Assembly: GCA_951406725.2 (NCBI GenBank)
Contig: OX597825.1
Span: 27,342,001-27,406,000 of the forward strand
From: Octopus vulgaris
Lineage: Eukaryota
Reading direction: 5' to 3'
DNA: 64,000 nt
In this document: positions 14,036-26,920 of the stretch, one piece after another
Layout of the letters: each line of letters begins with the position of its first letter
Numbering within the stretch: position 1 is the stretch's first letter
Translations under genes and position numbers: made by a program
Notes under the pieces: model-generated
Told to the model about the DNA's origin: nothing
Databases searched by the model: none
Seen by the model: only the letters and a program-made list of their open reading frames with translations

Positions 14036-15329
14036 AGATATTAGAAACAAGTTTCTTTCTTTTTATTTACGTCGGTGTTATAACATAAAAATTACATGTT
14101 AATCCTAACTGGGTGTATAGTATTTCCTGCATTATTTGGGACTATTGTTGTCTAAGCCTGGCACCAGCGTGCATTTTAGTCGAAGAGGGTAATTGTTTGT
14201 TAATTTTTAAAATCACTTCATTTTACTGGTCATTTACTTTCATTAACTGAGCAATCGCATGTTTTTACATTTGTCATTAAACATTCGAAGTTTCTATACA
14301 TCTGGAAGTGTTTTTATTTTTATGACACTGACATGCTTCTTACTCTTATTTCCCCCAAGGAACACTGAACATTACTGCCGTTCATGAACTTATATTCTTT
14401 CAATTGTTTTCGAAGCAAATCTACATCAAGTATTCTATGTATTAAGACTTTACTCTAACTGTTATTCAAAACCCGGGACACAATTCTGAAAATTTAACAT
14501 AGGTTTATTTTATTATATTTTAATTTTTAGATTACTTTAGTGTTAAACAATACTGCGGATAAGATTTATCAACGTTAGTCATTTTTTTGCAACAAAACTT
14601 AATTACAGTCACAAGTATTTCAGAGTTATATCAGATATTTTCCGATAATTGTTCGCGAAATGTTCATGTCACTTCATAATTCAGTATAACTTCGACAACT
14701 TGAGTTTGTTCTGTTTTTCCTCTGATTCCCAAAGGTGAGAAGAAACCATTCTCAAATTTCAACAAAGAATGTGTAAGATTGGACAATCAATCAATATTTT
14801 ATGAGAATCATCACACCTTTCACTGTAAGTCTTTGATATAGTTTTGGCTAGAACACTAATTTCTCACCAGTCCAAGTACAATAATAGATTTGCCATTCAT
14901 CAAGGTGTTTTCATTTCAGAAATCAGAATTTTTTAATGTGTTAATCAGGGAAGAAAAATAAAATCCAATTTCATTAATAGATTAAAAATAGCTTTACCCC
15001 GGAGAAAGGTTACATTAATATTGCAGAAAAAAGTGTTCAAGTATTGACCAGACAAAAATCTACAGCACCTTGTTAACGTTAGTTAGACACCTTTCACATA
15101 AAAGTTAAACTTATTCGTTTCCTGCATCGCTTTATGTCACATCAGAGGTAAACAATAGCCAAGTAAATTTCCGATGAAATATCGTTTCTCTGGGGAGTGT
15201 GTAGTGTGATATTTGTAGGGAGTTCATTAAGCAATCTCAACATAGTTCAAATGAAATTGATTCATCGCTAATGATATCAGAGATAATTAAAAATATGACA
15301 GTTTGTTACAAGGTCATTTTTTTTCATCT

Positions 15330-15865
15330 TATATGAATATATAACCAAAGCTTGGTTTCTATCGTTCACATCAGGTTAAAGCACATTCTGGGAACTTTCG
15401 GGTATAGAGATGCTCACACCACCATCCTTCTCTATACTCTCCAACGCCGCCGTGAACGCTACATTATTTGACTAAAAATATACCATCATTTGAATGGAAT
15501 GTATTCCATCAATATTGCACAAATGATGGTATCAATTTTAAAATCCACCCAAGACTTAGCACCCGTGCTATCCGCCCACCACAAAAATCGAACTATTTTA
15601 TCTCAACCGGTCCAGCTCTTTTTTAATAACATACCAAAATACATCAAACCGGAAACAGATCCCATTAAGTTCAAAACTTCTCAAGACAAATTTCTCAAAA
15701 AAATTCCGGGCCAACGTCCTACACCCGGATATGTCACTAATAATAAAATCTCTTTGCTAGAATGGGCTATGACTGAGGTGTGAATCACGATCTAAAAGAC
15801 TTCACCAGGTGGTACTGTTAAGTTAAACATGACCTGGGCCTATACTGGCCGAAACCTATCTAAAT
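15330..15865 (+). mobile_element. CR1-like LINE 3' end
   Basis: Frameshifted translation gives L-Y-(S)-LQRRRERYII and QLFFNNIPKYIK...FKTSQDKFLKKIP...TPGY...SLLEWA, followed by a short 3' UTR. Confidence 0.65.
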
Positions 15866-16580
15866 CATGTAATGATAATTGGTCAAATCATTTTGGCTGT
15901 GAGCATCGACAGCTTCCTCGATGTAGAATTCGACAGATATCATGGCTCTTCAAGTGAAATTCTCCTTTTAACCGTACTGGAAATGAAGTGCGTTGCATAG
16001 AAGCATAAATATATGTGTGTATGTATTCGTGTGTGTGGGGGGGTGTAGGCCCTTGATGTTAAGTGGGAAAAAATTGCGTCATGCAAATTGGCGGCTCTGG
16101 TTTACTGTCTCTACTGGATTTCTTGAGTATATAAAAATAGTGGCTACTTCTTTTTCTGGGATCGAACAAATTGATGTACACAGCTCTGATGAGAACCCAA
16201 TAAGGATGGGAAATTGATTAAGGTTCTTTATCATTTTTTTCAGTATACAGATTTGTCCTATTTATATATACACTATATTCGTTACACACAGTAAAGCGAC
16301 AGCTTTACCCTCAGGAGACCATAGCTGTTTAACATCCTGCCAAGGAACTTATACGATCCGCAAGTTGTAAATGTGGAAACGTTCAAACTTCCCTTGGATA
16401 AATTTCGCTGAAACCCCAGTTTGAATAAAGATAGGCGACACAAAGAAAATCAGATTCATCCAAATCACTGCTTCATCAAAAACAGTACCGAATGGAGACT
16501 TCAAAACACTGAACGGTGGTGCTCCGCATAGCCCCAGCTCTTGGTTGATACCAGTAAAAGACTAATGTATATATATATAT

Positions 16581-16965
16581 AGGTTCAGGCGTGGCTGTAT
16601 GGCAAGAAGCTTGCTTCCCAACCATAGGGTTCAGGTTCAGTCCCACTCCGTGATACTTTAGGCAAGTGTCTTCTACTATAGCCACGGGCAAACGAAATCC
16701 TTGTGAGAGGATTTGGTAGATGGAAAGTGAAAGAAGCCCGTCGCATACATGTATATATCTGTGTGCCTAATGTTTGTTTCCCCACCGTAGCTTGACAACT
16801 CGTGTTGGTGTATTTACTTAAAGGTCCGGCAAAAGAGACCAATAGAATAAGCACCAGGCTTACAAAGAATAATTCCAGGTCACGATTTCTTCGACTGAAA
16901 GGCGGTGCTCCAGCATGGCCACATTCAACATGACTAAAGGAAGTGAAAGAATAAAAGAATAAATA
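16581..16965 (+). mobile_element. tRNA-derived SINE, family B
   Basis: GGCGTGGCTGTATGGCAAGAAG (A box), GGTTCAGTCCC (B box), GGCAAGTGTCTTCTACTATAGCC, GGCGGTGCTCCAGCATGGCC and an A-rich tail. Several copies occur in the window. Confidence 0.85.
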
Positions 16966-17237
16966 TATAAACCTTGTGAGGTCCAAAATGAAACAAGCGC
17001 TTTCTTAGCGTCGCTGATATAACTGGATACATAGAAAAAACAGCTCTCAAGGTATGGAATAAGAATCTGATGCCCCTATATATGAGTGTTTCTTTGTTCA
17101 TTTTCATACTAATACCTATTCTGCTACATTACGTAACTAGACTTATTGTTCGTGGAAATATATTATCGGTAAAACGGAGAGAGATTGGAAATAGATGAAC
17201 ATAGCAGGCATAGAGCTGTTCATAAACGTAATTGTGA

Positions 17238-17274
17238 TGTTGATGATGATGACGACGACGACGACGACGACGAC

Positions 17275-17340
<66 letters not shown>

Positions 17341-17347
17341 AATGATT

Positions 17348-17380
<33 letters not shown>

Positions 17381-17434
17381 GTGATGATAATGATTATGCT
17401 GATGATGATGATGATGATGATGATGATGGTGATT

Positions 17435-17470
<36 letters not shown>

Positions 17471-17640
17471 GTGATGATAATGATTATGCTGATGCTGATG
17501 ATGATGATGATGATGACGACGACGAAAAGACGACGATGACGACGACGACGACGATGACGACAACGACGACGATGAAGATGACGATGATGATGATGGTGGT
17601 GATGATGATGATGATGACGACGATGATGATGATGAGACAA
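17238..17640. repeat. Compound (GAT)n/(GAC)n microsatellite
   Basis: Seen directly. The variant block GGTGATGATAATGATTATGCTGAT recurs at ~17380 and ~17470. Confidence 0.95.
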
Positions 17641-19601
17641 TGGTGAAGGAGATGAGGGAAATATGACAACAAAGACGACGCTGTTGAAAGATAGGTTGAT
17701 GATAATAATAATAATGATTATGATCGTGATGAGGATATCAATGACATATCTCGATGAAGAACAATATGATAGCAGTGATGTTAACATTGATTATGGCCAT
17801 GACAATGCTGATGATGATATGTGGTGAAGATGATGTTGGTAGTGGTGATGGTGGTAATGCCGGATTTGATGAAGTTGATTATGATAATGAAGATATTTAT
17901 GTTTATGTAATAAAATATAACAGAAAATATACAATAACTTGTCGATGATATTGATAACATTGATTGTTATGATTTTAATGATGATTCGAATTATGAAAAA
18001 ATTGTATTGAGGGGAAGATAAAATGATAAAAATGATAATCATTATTATTGGTGATTAATCTGATGTTATCGTCATCAACGGCACCACTGTCATTAGCATC
18101 ATCAGGAGCCACAACACCACTACTACCACCATTGCTATTATCATCACCATCGTCATAGCTTTCGTCGTCGTCTTCGTTGTCATCATCGTCATCATTATTC
18201 TCATGATTAACCTCATCAAAATCTTCATTATCATTTTTGTCATCCTTATCATTTTCATGGTTAACGAAATTGACACTTCATTCAAATTTTGTGATACGAA
18301 AATAATATATAAAAAAAGGTACATATGTAGATATTAATTGTTAAATATGTCAAAATAAAAACCCATGGAAACTAAGTCTCGTTATGATTGCCTTCATCAA
18401 CCTTGAGATAAATATAAAGCGAAGGTTAGACAAAATAACTTGGAACATCGTTTATTACCATTCGTTTGAATTAGTTGTACAAGAAAATCATTCGCATATT
18501 TGCCTCAAACTGCCGATGATTGCGCAATCTAGTGAATCCTCAAGAAACAACCTAGAGATCCTTACATCATATAAATCCAGTCAGATATTAGGTGAAGTTG
18601 TATTCTTTTCCTTCTTCACGATGAGTAATAACATACACAATGATAGCCGTTGACGGTCTTCTTCGCCATCAATACACGTCCCGCAATACACGTCCCCGCA
18701 GTAATGGAGATTTGTTCTTAAATGAAATCCATTGACGTTCAATGAAAAAATAAATGACTTTGTTCTCGAAACACTGAATGAATATCAAGACAGGCAGCCA
18801 ACAACCTCTTTGATAATAGACCTCCTGGAACGAGCTTGGTCGATGATTCAACAGCAATAATATATTCATCTTCCTTTTTATGTAATTCTCAAGCGCAACT
18901 GCCGATTAACCAAATAATACCAGTAATTATCTTTATTAATACAGAATTTATTCTTGTTAGATATTGCAGTGGATGTTACTGCGGAAAGAAATGATGAATT
19001 TCTCAACTTCAAAAGTGTTTCTCTGAATCTATTTTATAGATAATCATATTTTCTTTCTAACTAAATGCATAACTGTAATTAATCCTTAATTACACAAATT
19101 CCTTACATATATTTAACGTTTACTTAAGTATTCAGATAAATATTTCCTCGTTTCCTTGCATTAGAAACAAAATTAATCCCAGGTAGAGTAGCTCGAGATA
19201 TGGGTTCTGTTCTGTAATCTTTAGGTTGTAATACTATAGAGACGAAACTGACTTTCTTTAATTCGGATAAATAATTACTAGTGATGTAGTAAAACTGATA
19301 TCTATCGACGTTGCTCATTTTATCTCTGCTTAGGGATCGGCTATATGAAGTCATCAGTATAGTAGCTTTCATATCGCCGCTCCATCAATTATTTTGCAAA
19401 TTTTTGTGGATACTGCGAAAAGGAAGAACGTTTTAATAACCTTATATATATGGATTTTTATGATTTGGGGTAGATGTCAGTGCACGCATGCGTCTATGCA
19501 TATGTACGTATATATATGTTTATATCTGCTTACATGGTTTGCTGTGTCTTATGCTTGTGCGCGTGAGTGTGTATGCATTCAAATATGTGCGCGTGTATTT
19601 G

Positions 19602-19636
<35 letters not shown>

Positions 19637-19639
<3 letters not shown>

Positions 19640-20013
19640 AGAATTCACGAAAAAACAAAAGAAGAGAGGTGGTGTAGACAACAAACAGATGTATTAGTTT
19701 CACGCTCGGGAAGCGAAAATGTCTTTACCGTTTCGAGCTTACGCTCTTCCACAGAGTTGAATACAGAAAGAAACAAGGAAAGAAACGAGGGGAGAAAAAA
19801 TGCGTGTATTGACTACCGATCTATCATGGCGAGCGACTACACACATTTTTTTCTCTAATTGTTTCTCTCCTTGTTTCTCTCTTGTTCCTTTCTGTGGAAG
19901 AGCGTAAACTGGAAACGTTAAAGACTTTTTCAATACCCGAGCGTTATACTAATACATCTAATTGTTTTCTACACCACCTATGTTCGTCTTTTGCTTTTTT
20001 CGTGAATTCTCCC
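19637..20013. mobile_element. 377-bp foldback element in (TA)n with a hammerhead-like motif in each arm (probably a PLE-derived inverted dimer)
   Basis: GGGAGAATTCACGAAAAAA at the left end is the reverse complement of TTTTTTCGTGAATTCTCCC at the right end. The arms align to a centre near 19825. Confidence 0.85.
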
Positions 20014-21039
20014 TATATATCACACGGTCACGTTGTCGCACCAGTTGATCCTGTCTCCTCTCATCACCCACGAACTTCTCCACTGGTCTTTCTACCTTTC
20101 TACAATTTACGGATTCTCTTTGGACTTTTTACACTCCGGCTGCACCTCTCCTACCTATGGATTACTCTGGACTCTACTTGATATATATATATATTTATAC
20201 ATATATGAATATGCAGGTGTAGTATACTTTTGTCCAACCAGAGAAAGTATTTTGTAAAGAAAATATTTCCATAATTTGAAGTGTGATACAAAGTTAAATA
20301 GATAATGCTTATATATGAAAGATGCTGAGAAATTTTCCTCAAATAACTAAATAAGAATTCTTGGCATTATCAAACTGAAGTAATACTTGCCAGACAAAAT
20401 TCCTCATAAACAACATCCAATTATTTTATATTTCAATAACGTTTTACTAGTAATTGGGTTTTCTATATAGTTAACCATCTACTTCATGTTATTATGTGAA
20501 ATTCTAACGACTTTTTTTAAAAATTACGTTGTCTAAATACATAAACATAATAAAAGAAATAAAACGAGAGTGCTAATATAGAGAAGATATTAGGTTGATT
20601 TATGTTTTCTTACGACGCAGGTTTCACGCCATTGAGATCTTCATGTGCTAACTGGTTTCTCCCAGTACTCAAAATGCTTCTGAAGACGGTAAAGTCTACT
20701 CTTTCTTTTCTACGTTGATATTTTATTGGTTAAGTTTTAAATTCTAATTAAAACGTTTCCTAAGTTCACTTTTGCGGCATTTTCCCACTTCCTTCTGTAT
20801 TCTATTTATTGGTCGGCCCGGCAACCGTTTTCTCTCTACTTGTACATTGTATAATCTTTTGCTAAAGTGTTTCCTCTCTAGTTAAAGCTGCCTATTCTTC
20901 ATGGTGTTAGTTAAGTTCTTCCCTGAATATTGCTCTTTTCAATTTACTAATTTATCTTTACTAATATCTATTAATCACATTTTGTGTTTAAAGTCTATGA
21001 ATCCTTTGATACACTTGTAGATGCAGTTTGTTCCTTCTC

Positions 21040-21250
21040 GAACCATCCTTGACTCATAAGTGCCGGTTTCCCGGTTTCCTTGGCGTATAGATTCCCTACC
21101 TGGACAGGATGCCGGTCCGTCGCAGGTGAGTTGCAGGATGCAGGAGGAAAGAGTGAGAGAAAGTTGTAGCGAAAGAGTCAGTAGAAGTTAGCCATTACCT
21201 TCTGCTGGAGCCGCGTGGAGCTTAGGTGTTTCGCTCATAAAGACACGCAT
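21040..21250 (-). mobile_element. SINE family A, 5'-truncated copy
   Basis: Matches 8998-9200 (TTTCCCGGTTTC..GGCGTAT, CTGGACAGGATGCC, CGTGGAGCTT..GTGTTTCGCTCA). Confidence 0.75.
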
Positions 21251-21254
21251 CTTT

Positions 21255-22537
21255 TGTGTATATTCAGTATAGCAGACAACATTAGAGAATTAATTAGCTT
21301 TAGCATGATGATATGGAGAGTAGATCTCTACTCAAGTGACACACTCTCAGGAAAAGTTAATATCATAAGGTTTTTTTTTCAGGGGATATCTTTGTCCCCT
21401 TTAATAATTTTCTTATGTTTGATCTCCTTCACTTTAGTATTAAGGAGAGCAAAGGCAGAAAAACTAGGAAGGGATTCAATATGAATGGAGGAATCCACCC
21501 AAAGGCAGGAGTAGCAAGCTTATACTTCCCTAAAAAGGAAGGCAGAGGAGGGTTATCAGTAGAAGACTGCGTGGAGTTAGTTAAAATAGATATAGATTCG
21601 TATGTAGGTAATAGTGAAGAAATTTTATTAAAAGCTGCTAGAGTCACAGCAAGACATAGGGAAACCAAAAAACCCAAACGAAGTTAAAAAGCAAAAAAGA
21701 AAAAGGTACAGTAAGTATCAGGACTGACAGGAGAAGGCGTTGCATGGTAGATTCCCAAAGATAGTTTCAGCAATTAGTTGTAGTGAGATATGATTATGGT
21801 TGCCGAAAGGAAAGATGAAGAAGGAGGCAGGGAGTTTGTTAGTAGCGCACTAGATCAAGCATTAAGGGCTAATTGGTTAAAAGCCATGAAAGACAAAAAA
21901 ACAAGTAGATTCTCAATGTAGATTATGCAAATCAAAAGAGGAAAGCGTTACTAATATAGAAAGTGAATGTAGCATGCTGGCACAGAAAGAATAAAGTAAA
22001 AGCACAACCTATGGAGAGTGATCCACTGGGAGTTATGTAAAAAGCTAGTATTTGAACATACTAATAAATGGTGTGAACATGCTACAAAGTAAGAAATACT
22101 AGATGTTGTGCGACTTCAACATTCAGACTGGCATTGTAATAGAATCTACAAGGCCTGGATAAGAAGTAGTAGATAAAGAGAATAGAACGTTCCAGACAAT
22201 TGACTTAACAGTACCAAGTGATTTAAATGTCAATATGGGAAGTATAGAAAGCATAGAAATGTTCCAGGATCTAACTATTTAATTACAGAGACTATGGAAA
22301 TTTCGGGTTAAATATATCTTAGTTGTTATAGGTGCATTGGGAACTATCTCTAAAGATCTTAACAGATGGATAGACGAGGCATAAAACTCAGATTAGTACA
22401 GCTTCAGAAAACAATGTTATTAGGGACAGCTGGGATACTTAGGAGGGTTCTCGGTATCTAAGGTTAATTGTTGTAGCTCGATGTTAGGACTTTTTTTATT
22501 TTCCAACATACTAATCTGTTGTGTGCATACGCAAACG
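21255..22537 (+). mobile_element. R4/Dong-like RLE LINE remnant with 3' end, followed by (AAT)n
   Basis: Degenerate FQGDSLSPL, then KTRKGFNMNGGIHPKAGVASLYFPKKEG, CRLCKSKEESVTNI.SEC (zinc knuckle), IHWELCKK, VIGALGTISKDL and GTAGILRRVLGI* (stop 22459-22461). A short UTR follows, then (AAT)n from ~22538. Confidence 0.85.
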
Positions 22538-22588
<51 letters not shown>

Positions 22589-22633
22589 GTGATAATGAGG
22601 ATGATAATAATAATAAGAAAAAAGAAGAAGAAG

Positions 22634-22665
<32 letters not shown>

Positions 22666-23419
22666 AAAGTGCGTCATCAAAAACAAAAACAGATACACGA
22701 ACATCGATAAAATGAAGTAAAAAAAGAATAATTACTGAATAGTTACAATCGTAAGAATAATTTCCCCCTTATATCTCTGCTAATAATGAAAATAAATACC
22801 TTTATCATTGTTGACATTATTCCTATATTGAGGGAATAATATATATATATATATACAAGTGAAAAGTAAATTATTCATAATTTTATATATATTGATATTT
22901 CAGTAAAAATGTTTAAATTATTTTGGATGTTTTGACTTAAAGCGTAATAAAATAATGTTTTGTTTTTACAAATTATAGAATAAATATGGTTTCTGACCAA
23001 CGCACGCGCACACGCATACACACGTAAATAAGCACACGCGTATATATACATATTTATGTACATAAATACATATACGGCTTTTTTTCGATAGTAGCTAACG
23101 CGATGGTGTTGCTCAAGAAGTCATATTTGCAACATTTCATTTAACTTCTCTTTTATTACATAACTTATAAACGTATTTATCTTTGTTTTCCCATCATAGT
23201 TATATATGTATATGAAATATGCCCAGAGAAAAACAGGTAAATACGTATATAAGTACACCTTCTTAAAATTTCGTTATACGTATTCATAAATTGTGACTTC
23301 CAGAAACTATATATAGAGAGAGAATGCGCCAAAAATATATATACATACTTAAAAAATAACATGCAGAAATAACATTGCAGGGATATTTTAATACAAATTA
23401 CCCGTAACCTCTACAATTA

Positions 23420-23720
23420 AAAGAAGAGCTCAAAATGGTGACAATTAGCTTCAAGACACTTATTACTACGGTGAAGTTTTGTTTCGGCATCGTCGGCCTA
23501 AGTGACCGGTGGGATAGCTACACATGCCGTACCAATTTCTTTTCGAATGAGCGTCAGCATTGCCAGTTTTCTGCGATACAGGACCTCCTTGAGAGGGAAT
23601 CAGTCATAAACGTGTGCAAGTGTTAAATCAAGAGAACGCGAGAACACAACTGTGTCTCCCATTCCTGTCAGTGTCCTTGCAAATTCTCATCTATGTAAGC
23701 TCACACGTGGCAACATCGTG
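23420..23720 (-). mobile_element. Tc1/mariner-superfamily transposase C-terminal remnant
   Basis: Minus strand gives a degenerate SRSLDLT (WPxRSPDLT-like) and LKEVLYRRK, and ends KCLEANCHHFELFF* (C..A.G.HFE.L motif). Confidence 0.5.
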
Positions 23721-24112
23721 TGGCGGTACACCGTCTTTTAGAAAGAAAAGATCATAATTTCCATAAAGTGCATTTATGCACGTGCTTGTCTTCAAAAACA
23801 CAGTTGGTATGCTTTATTGGATTTCGCATTGACAGTAATCTGGGACAGAGCGTTTTTGTAGTGGTATGTGTAAATAACTACTATCTATGCGAATATCCGT
23901 AACCATTCGAAAGATGCACGAGTGCAGAAAACCATGACTGAGTATATGGAAACATATGTGTTCATACATAAGTGCACATATGGGTGTTTAGACATATAGT
24001 TCATAATTTCATGCACCCTCACATTTCGATACACCATATCAATTTATGTGCTGTGTGTGTATGTGTGTGCGTGGGCGTGTGTGTGAATGTGTGTGTGTGT
24101 GCGTGTGTGTGA

Positions 24113-24190
<78 letters not shown>

Positions 24191-24192
24191 GC

Positions 24193-24290
<98 letters not shown>

Positions 24291-24410
24291 GCATATGTAT
24301 ATATACGTATATATAAAAACATTTCAGGGTAACAAAAAATTCTTTTCTACCAGTGGTCTAACAAGAAGAAAAAATCTAGGCAATAGACTATATATTATTC
24401 ATATATAAAT

Positions 24411-24554
24411 ACAGTGTGCATTTAAACACATAAGGGATGGCCATAACAGGACATCGGACTCGCTAGAAAGAGTTTGGAGTGTTAACTACTCTTTCTAGCG
24501 AGTAAGTGAGATGTCCTGTTATGGCTATCTCTTATGTGTTTAAATGTACATTGT
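24411..24554. repeat. ~144-bp hairpin (about 63-bp arms, 14-nt loop) in (TA)n context
   Basis: CATTTAAACACATAAGGGATGGCCATAACAGGACATC..ACTCGCTAGAAAGAGT pairs with ACTCTTTCTAGCGAGT..GATGTCCTGTTATGGCTATCTCTTATGTGTTTAAATG. Confidence 0.9.
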
Positions 24555-26441
24555 CTGTGTATATATATCTATCATATGTGTTTTTCATTTATTTCATTTG
24601 ATACATATATATATATATATATATCCCTGCACACACATTCAAATATACGCATATTACTTTTCCTTTTTACTTTTATTTCGTGTTAGAAAGGGACTGACAT
24701 AAGTGTATTCTAGAACAATATTCCTTCTCGGCAGAGCGATGCAGGTTTCTTAATATCAAGAATCAAGATTCTACTCTTAATTAGTATTGATTCAGTTTCT
24801 ATTAATTATAACCTAGACATAGTATGATTCAGCTTACTCATATTTTACGAAATGTTTTCATTATATTGTTTGAAAATTAAAGAACATTTCGAGAGAAACG
24901 AGACACTGTTCAAGACTACGGGTTAATTTTGAATATCAATTTATTGAACTATTAGTCATATATTTAAGCAATCGTTAAGCTATATCTATCCATTGAAATA
25001 AGTTTAAATTAAACATTATTATTTATATTTCATACAAATTATATGATTGATTAGTGAGATGAAATCTTACCCATTCATCATCATTTAATGCTAAATTAAA
25101 CAACTCACTAGAATTGTTATAGAATTTCTATACTGCCATCTACTCGAACTAGAAATGAATTTCAGTATAAACCATAATAAATTTTAGTTCAACAAATCGT
25201 GAGTATATTCTACTCGTTCAATGATGCAAAGTGAAAATAAACAAGAATAGTAAACAGCGCATCTTTAGTGACTATGTTGAAGCATCATTTCTATCGTAAA
25301 AATAGTAGATGAAGAAATGAGGCTATATTCTTTAATCATTTATTCTTTTACTTCTTTCAGTCATTTGACCCTGGCCATGCTGGAGCACCGCCTTTTAGTC
25401 GAACAAATCGACCTGAGGACTTAGTCTTTGTAAATTATTTACATTATTTATACTTGACGGATATTTGTCCTCATCTTCTTTGTTATTAACATAACGTTTC
25501 GTCATATTCTCTTCTATTGGTGGTTTTACTCCAAAGAGATATTTGTAAAGTGTTGTATAACACTTCAATACTCTTCTGATGTCATATGGGCCGCAATCTT
25601 TTGTATCTTTTCGGAGAGGGCTTTCTCACGGGGCAGACAGACTGTGGACAGTTTATTGGTTTCATCCTCTCTTTTCTTAATAATTGGAGTGAATAGTATG
25701 TTTTGGGGGTAGTTGTTGCTTAATAGTTTGTTATTGAGCTTCATCATCTCTTCGGGGTGTGTATCACGATCGCTACTTAGATTTTTTGCACGATGTTTTA
25801 CACACTGAGCAATCCCTCTCTTTACACTGTATGGATGGTGAGAACTCAGTAAAGCCATCCATACAGTTCACAATTGTAAAGGAAAAACAATTAGCTAGCA
25901 TTCCTGCACATATTCATAACACGCACCAATATGCATTCAGGATATCCGTATACCGCAAGCCGACCTTCACTGGATGATGCCTAAACTTCAATTCTCATCT
26001 TGCATACAGTGTAAAGAGAGGGGTTACTCAGTGCTTGAAACGCTTCGCAAATATCACCTTCGAGTAAAACCACCAATGGAAGAGAAAATTACTAAACACT
26101 GCGTGTACTCCATCCATACAGCTGTGGTAGAGTATACAATGGCGAAACATGTCACCCCCTCAAAATAAGTGTAGACGTACATCGCAAAGCTGTGACACGA
26201 GGAGATATTGATAAATCGGGTATAGCTGATGATGTATGAAAAAATGGAGACCACCTCCCCATGTAGGATGGAGTTAAAATAATAGACAGAGAACACTACT
26301 GGAAAATACGAAAACTAAAAGAAACAGCACATATACTAGGACACAGCAACCTCCCAAGCAAACTGAGTGCAGATATGAATAGCATATGGGATCCGGTATT
26401 AAGGAAGAATAAGAAAATGTTAGATTTATACGCCCTAAAAT

Positions 26442-26516
26442 TCACTCCATGATTGCCTAGTGGTTAAGAGCGCGGGCTGCTAAACCCAAGATTCCGAGTT
26501 CGACTCCAAGCAGTGA
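26442..26516 (+). other. tRNA-like (Pol III A/B box) module inside the PLE 3' region; not a functional tRNA gene
   Basis: TCACT...AGTGA acceptor-like stem, GCCTAGTGGTTAAGAGC D arm, GGG-CTGCTAA-ACCC anticodon arm (GCT) and GAGTTCGACTCC B box. The T stem is poorly paired. Confidence 0.65.
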
Positions 26517-26580
26517 CCTGAATAATAATAACATCGAAAACTACCTTTGAAATGAGAACCCATGTTCGGAATTTCCCTAT

Positions 26581-26625
26581 GACACCTGATTAAGGCTGAG
26601 GGTATATCAACCGAAACTTTGTGTT
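26581..26625 (+). ncRNA. Minimal type I hammerhead ribozyme motif (mutated copy)
   Basis: gacac-CTGATTA-a-ggctga(gggtata)tcaacc-GAAA-ct-TT-gtgtt. Stems I and II pair. The inverted copy at 25441-25501 preserves GAAACGTT. Confidence 0.6.
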
Positions 26626-26685
26626 AACACCGAACAAGATGGGGACAAAAACACACCAACATCGGTTGTCAGTGACGGCGTTGGG

Positions 26686-26754
<69 letters not shown>

Positions 26755-26761
26755 CACATAC

Positions 26762-26920
26762 AAACACGACGGGCGTCTTACTGTTTCTCTCTACCAAATC
26801 CACTCACAAGGCTAAGATCGGCCCGAGGCTTTAGTAGAAGACAATTGCTCAAGGTGTCACACAGTGGGACTGTACCCAGCACCATGTTGTTGGGAAGCAA
26901 AATTCTTACCACAAGCCAAC
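26762..26920 (-). mobile_element. SINE family B, 5' half
   Basis: Reverse complement of the 16581-16745 segment (CTACCAAATCCACTCACAAGG, TAGTAGAAGACA, AGTGGGACTG). Confidence 0.75.

Larger units (their letters stand above)
25440..26660 (+). mobile_element. Penelope/Poseidon-type PLE 3' remnant with an inverted partial copy
   Basis: Plus strand 25840-26420: NSVKPSIQFT, SVYRKPTFTG, GIY-YIG remnant CVYSI..SCGRVYNGETC and VKIIDREHYWKIRKLKE. Minus strand 25500-25845: HHPYSVKRGIAQC...NNYP...LSEKIQKI. 25441-25501 is an inverted copy of the 26612-26660 tail. Confidence 0.8.

Noticed and set aside
26442-26516. Possible tRNA-Ser(GCT) gene
   Set aside because: It has no long variable arm, an unpaired T stem and an irregular acceptor stem. 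Treated as a tRNA-derived module.
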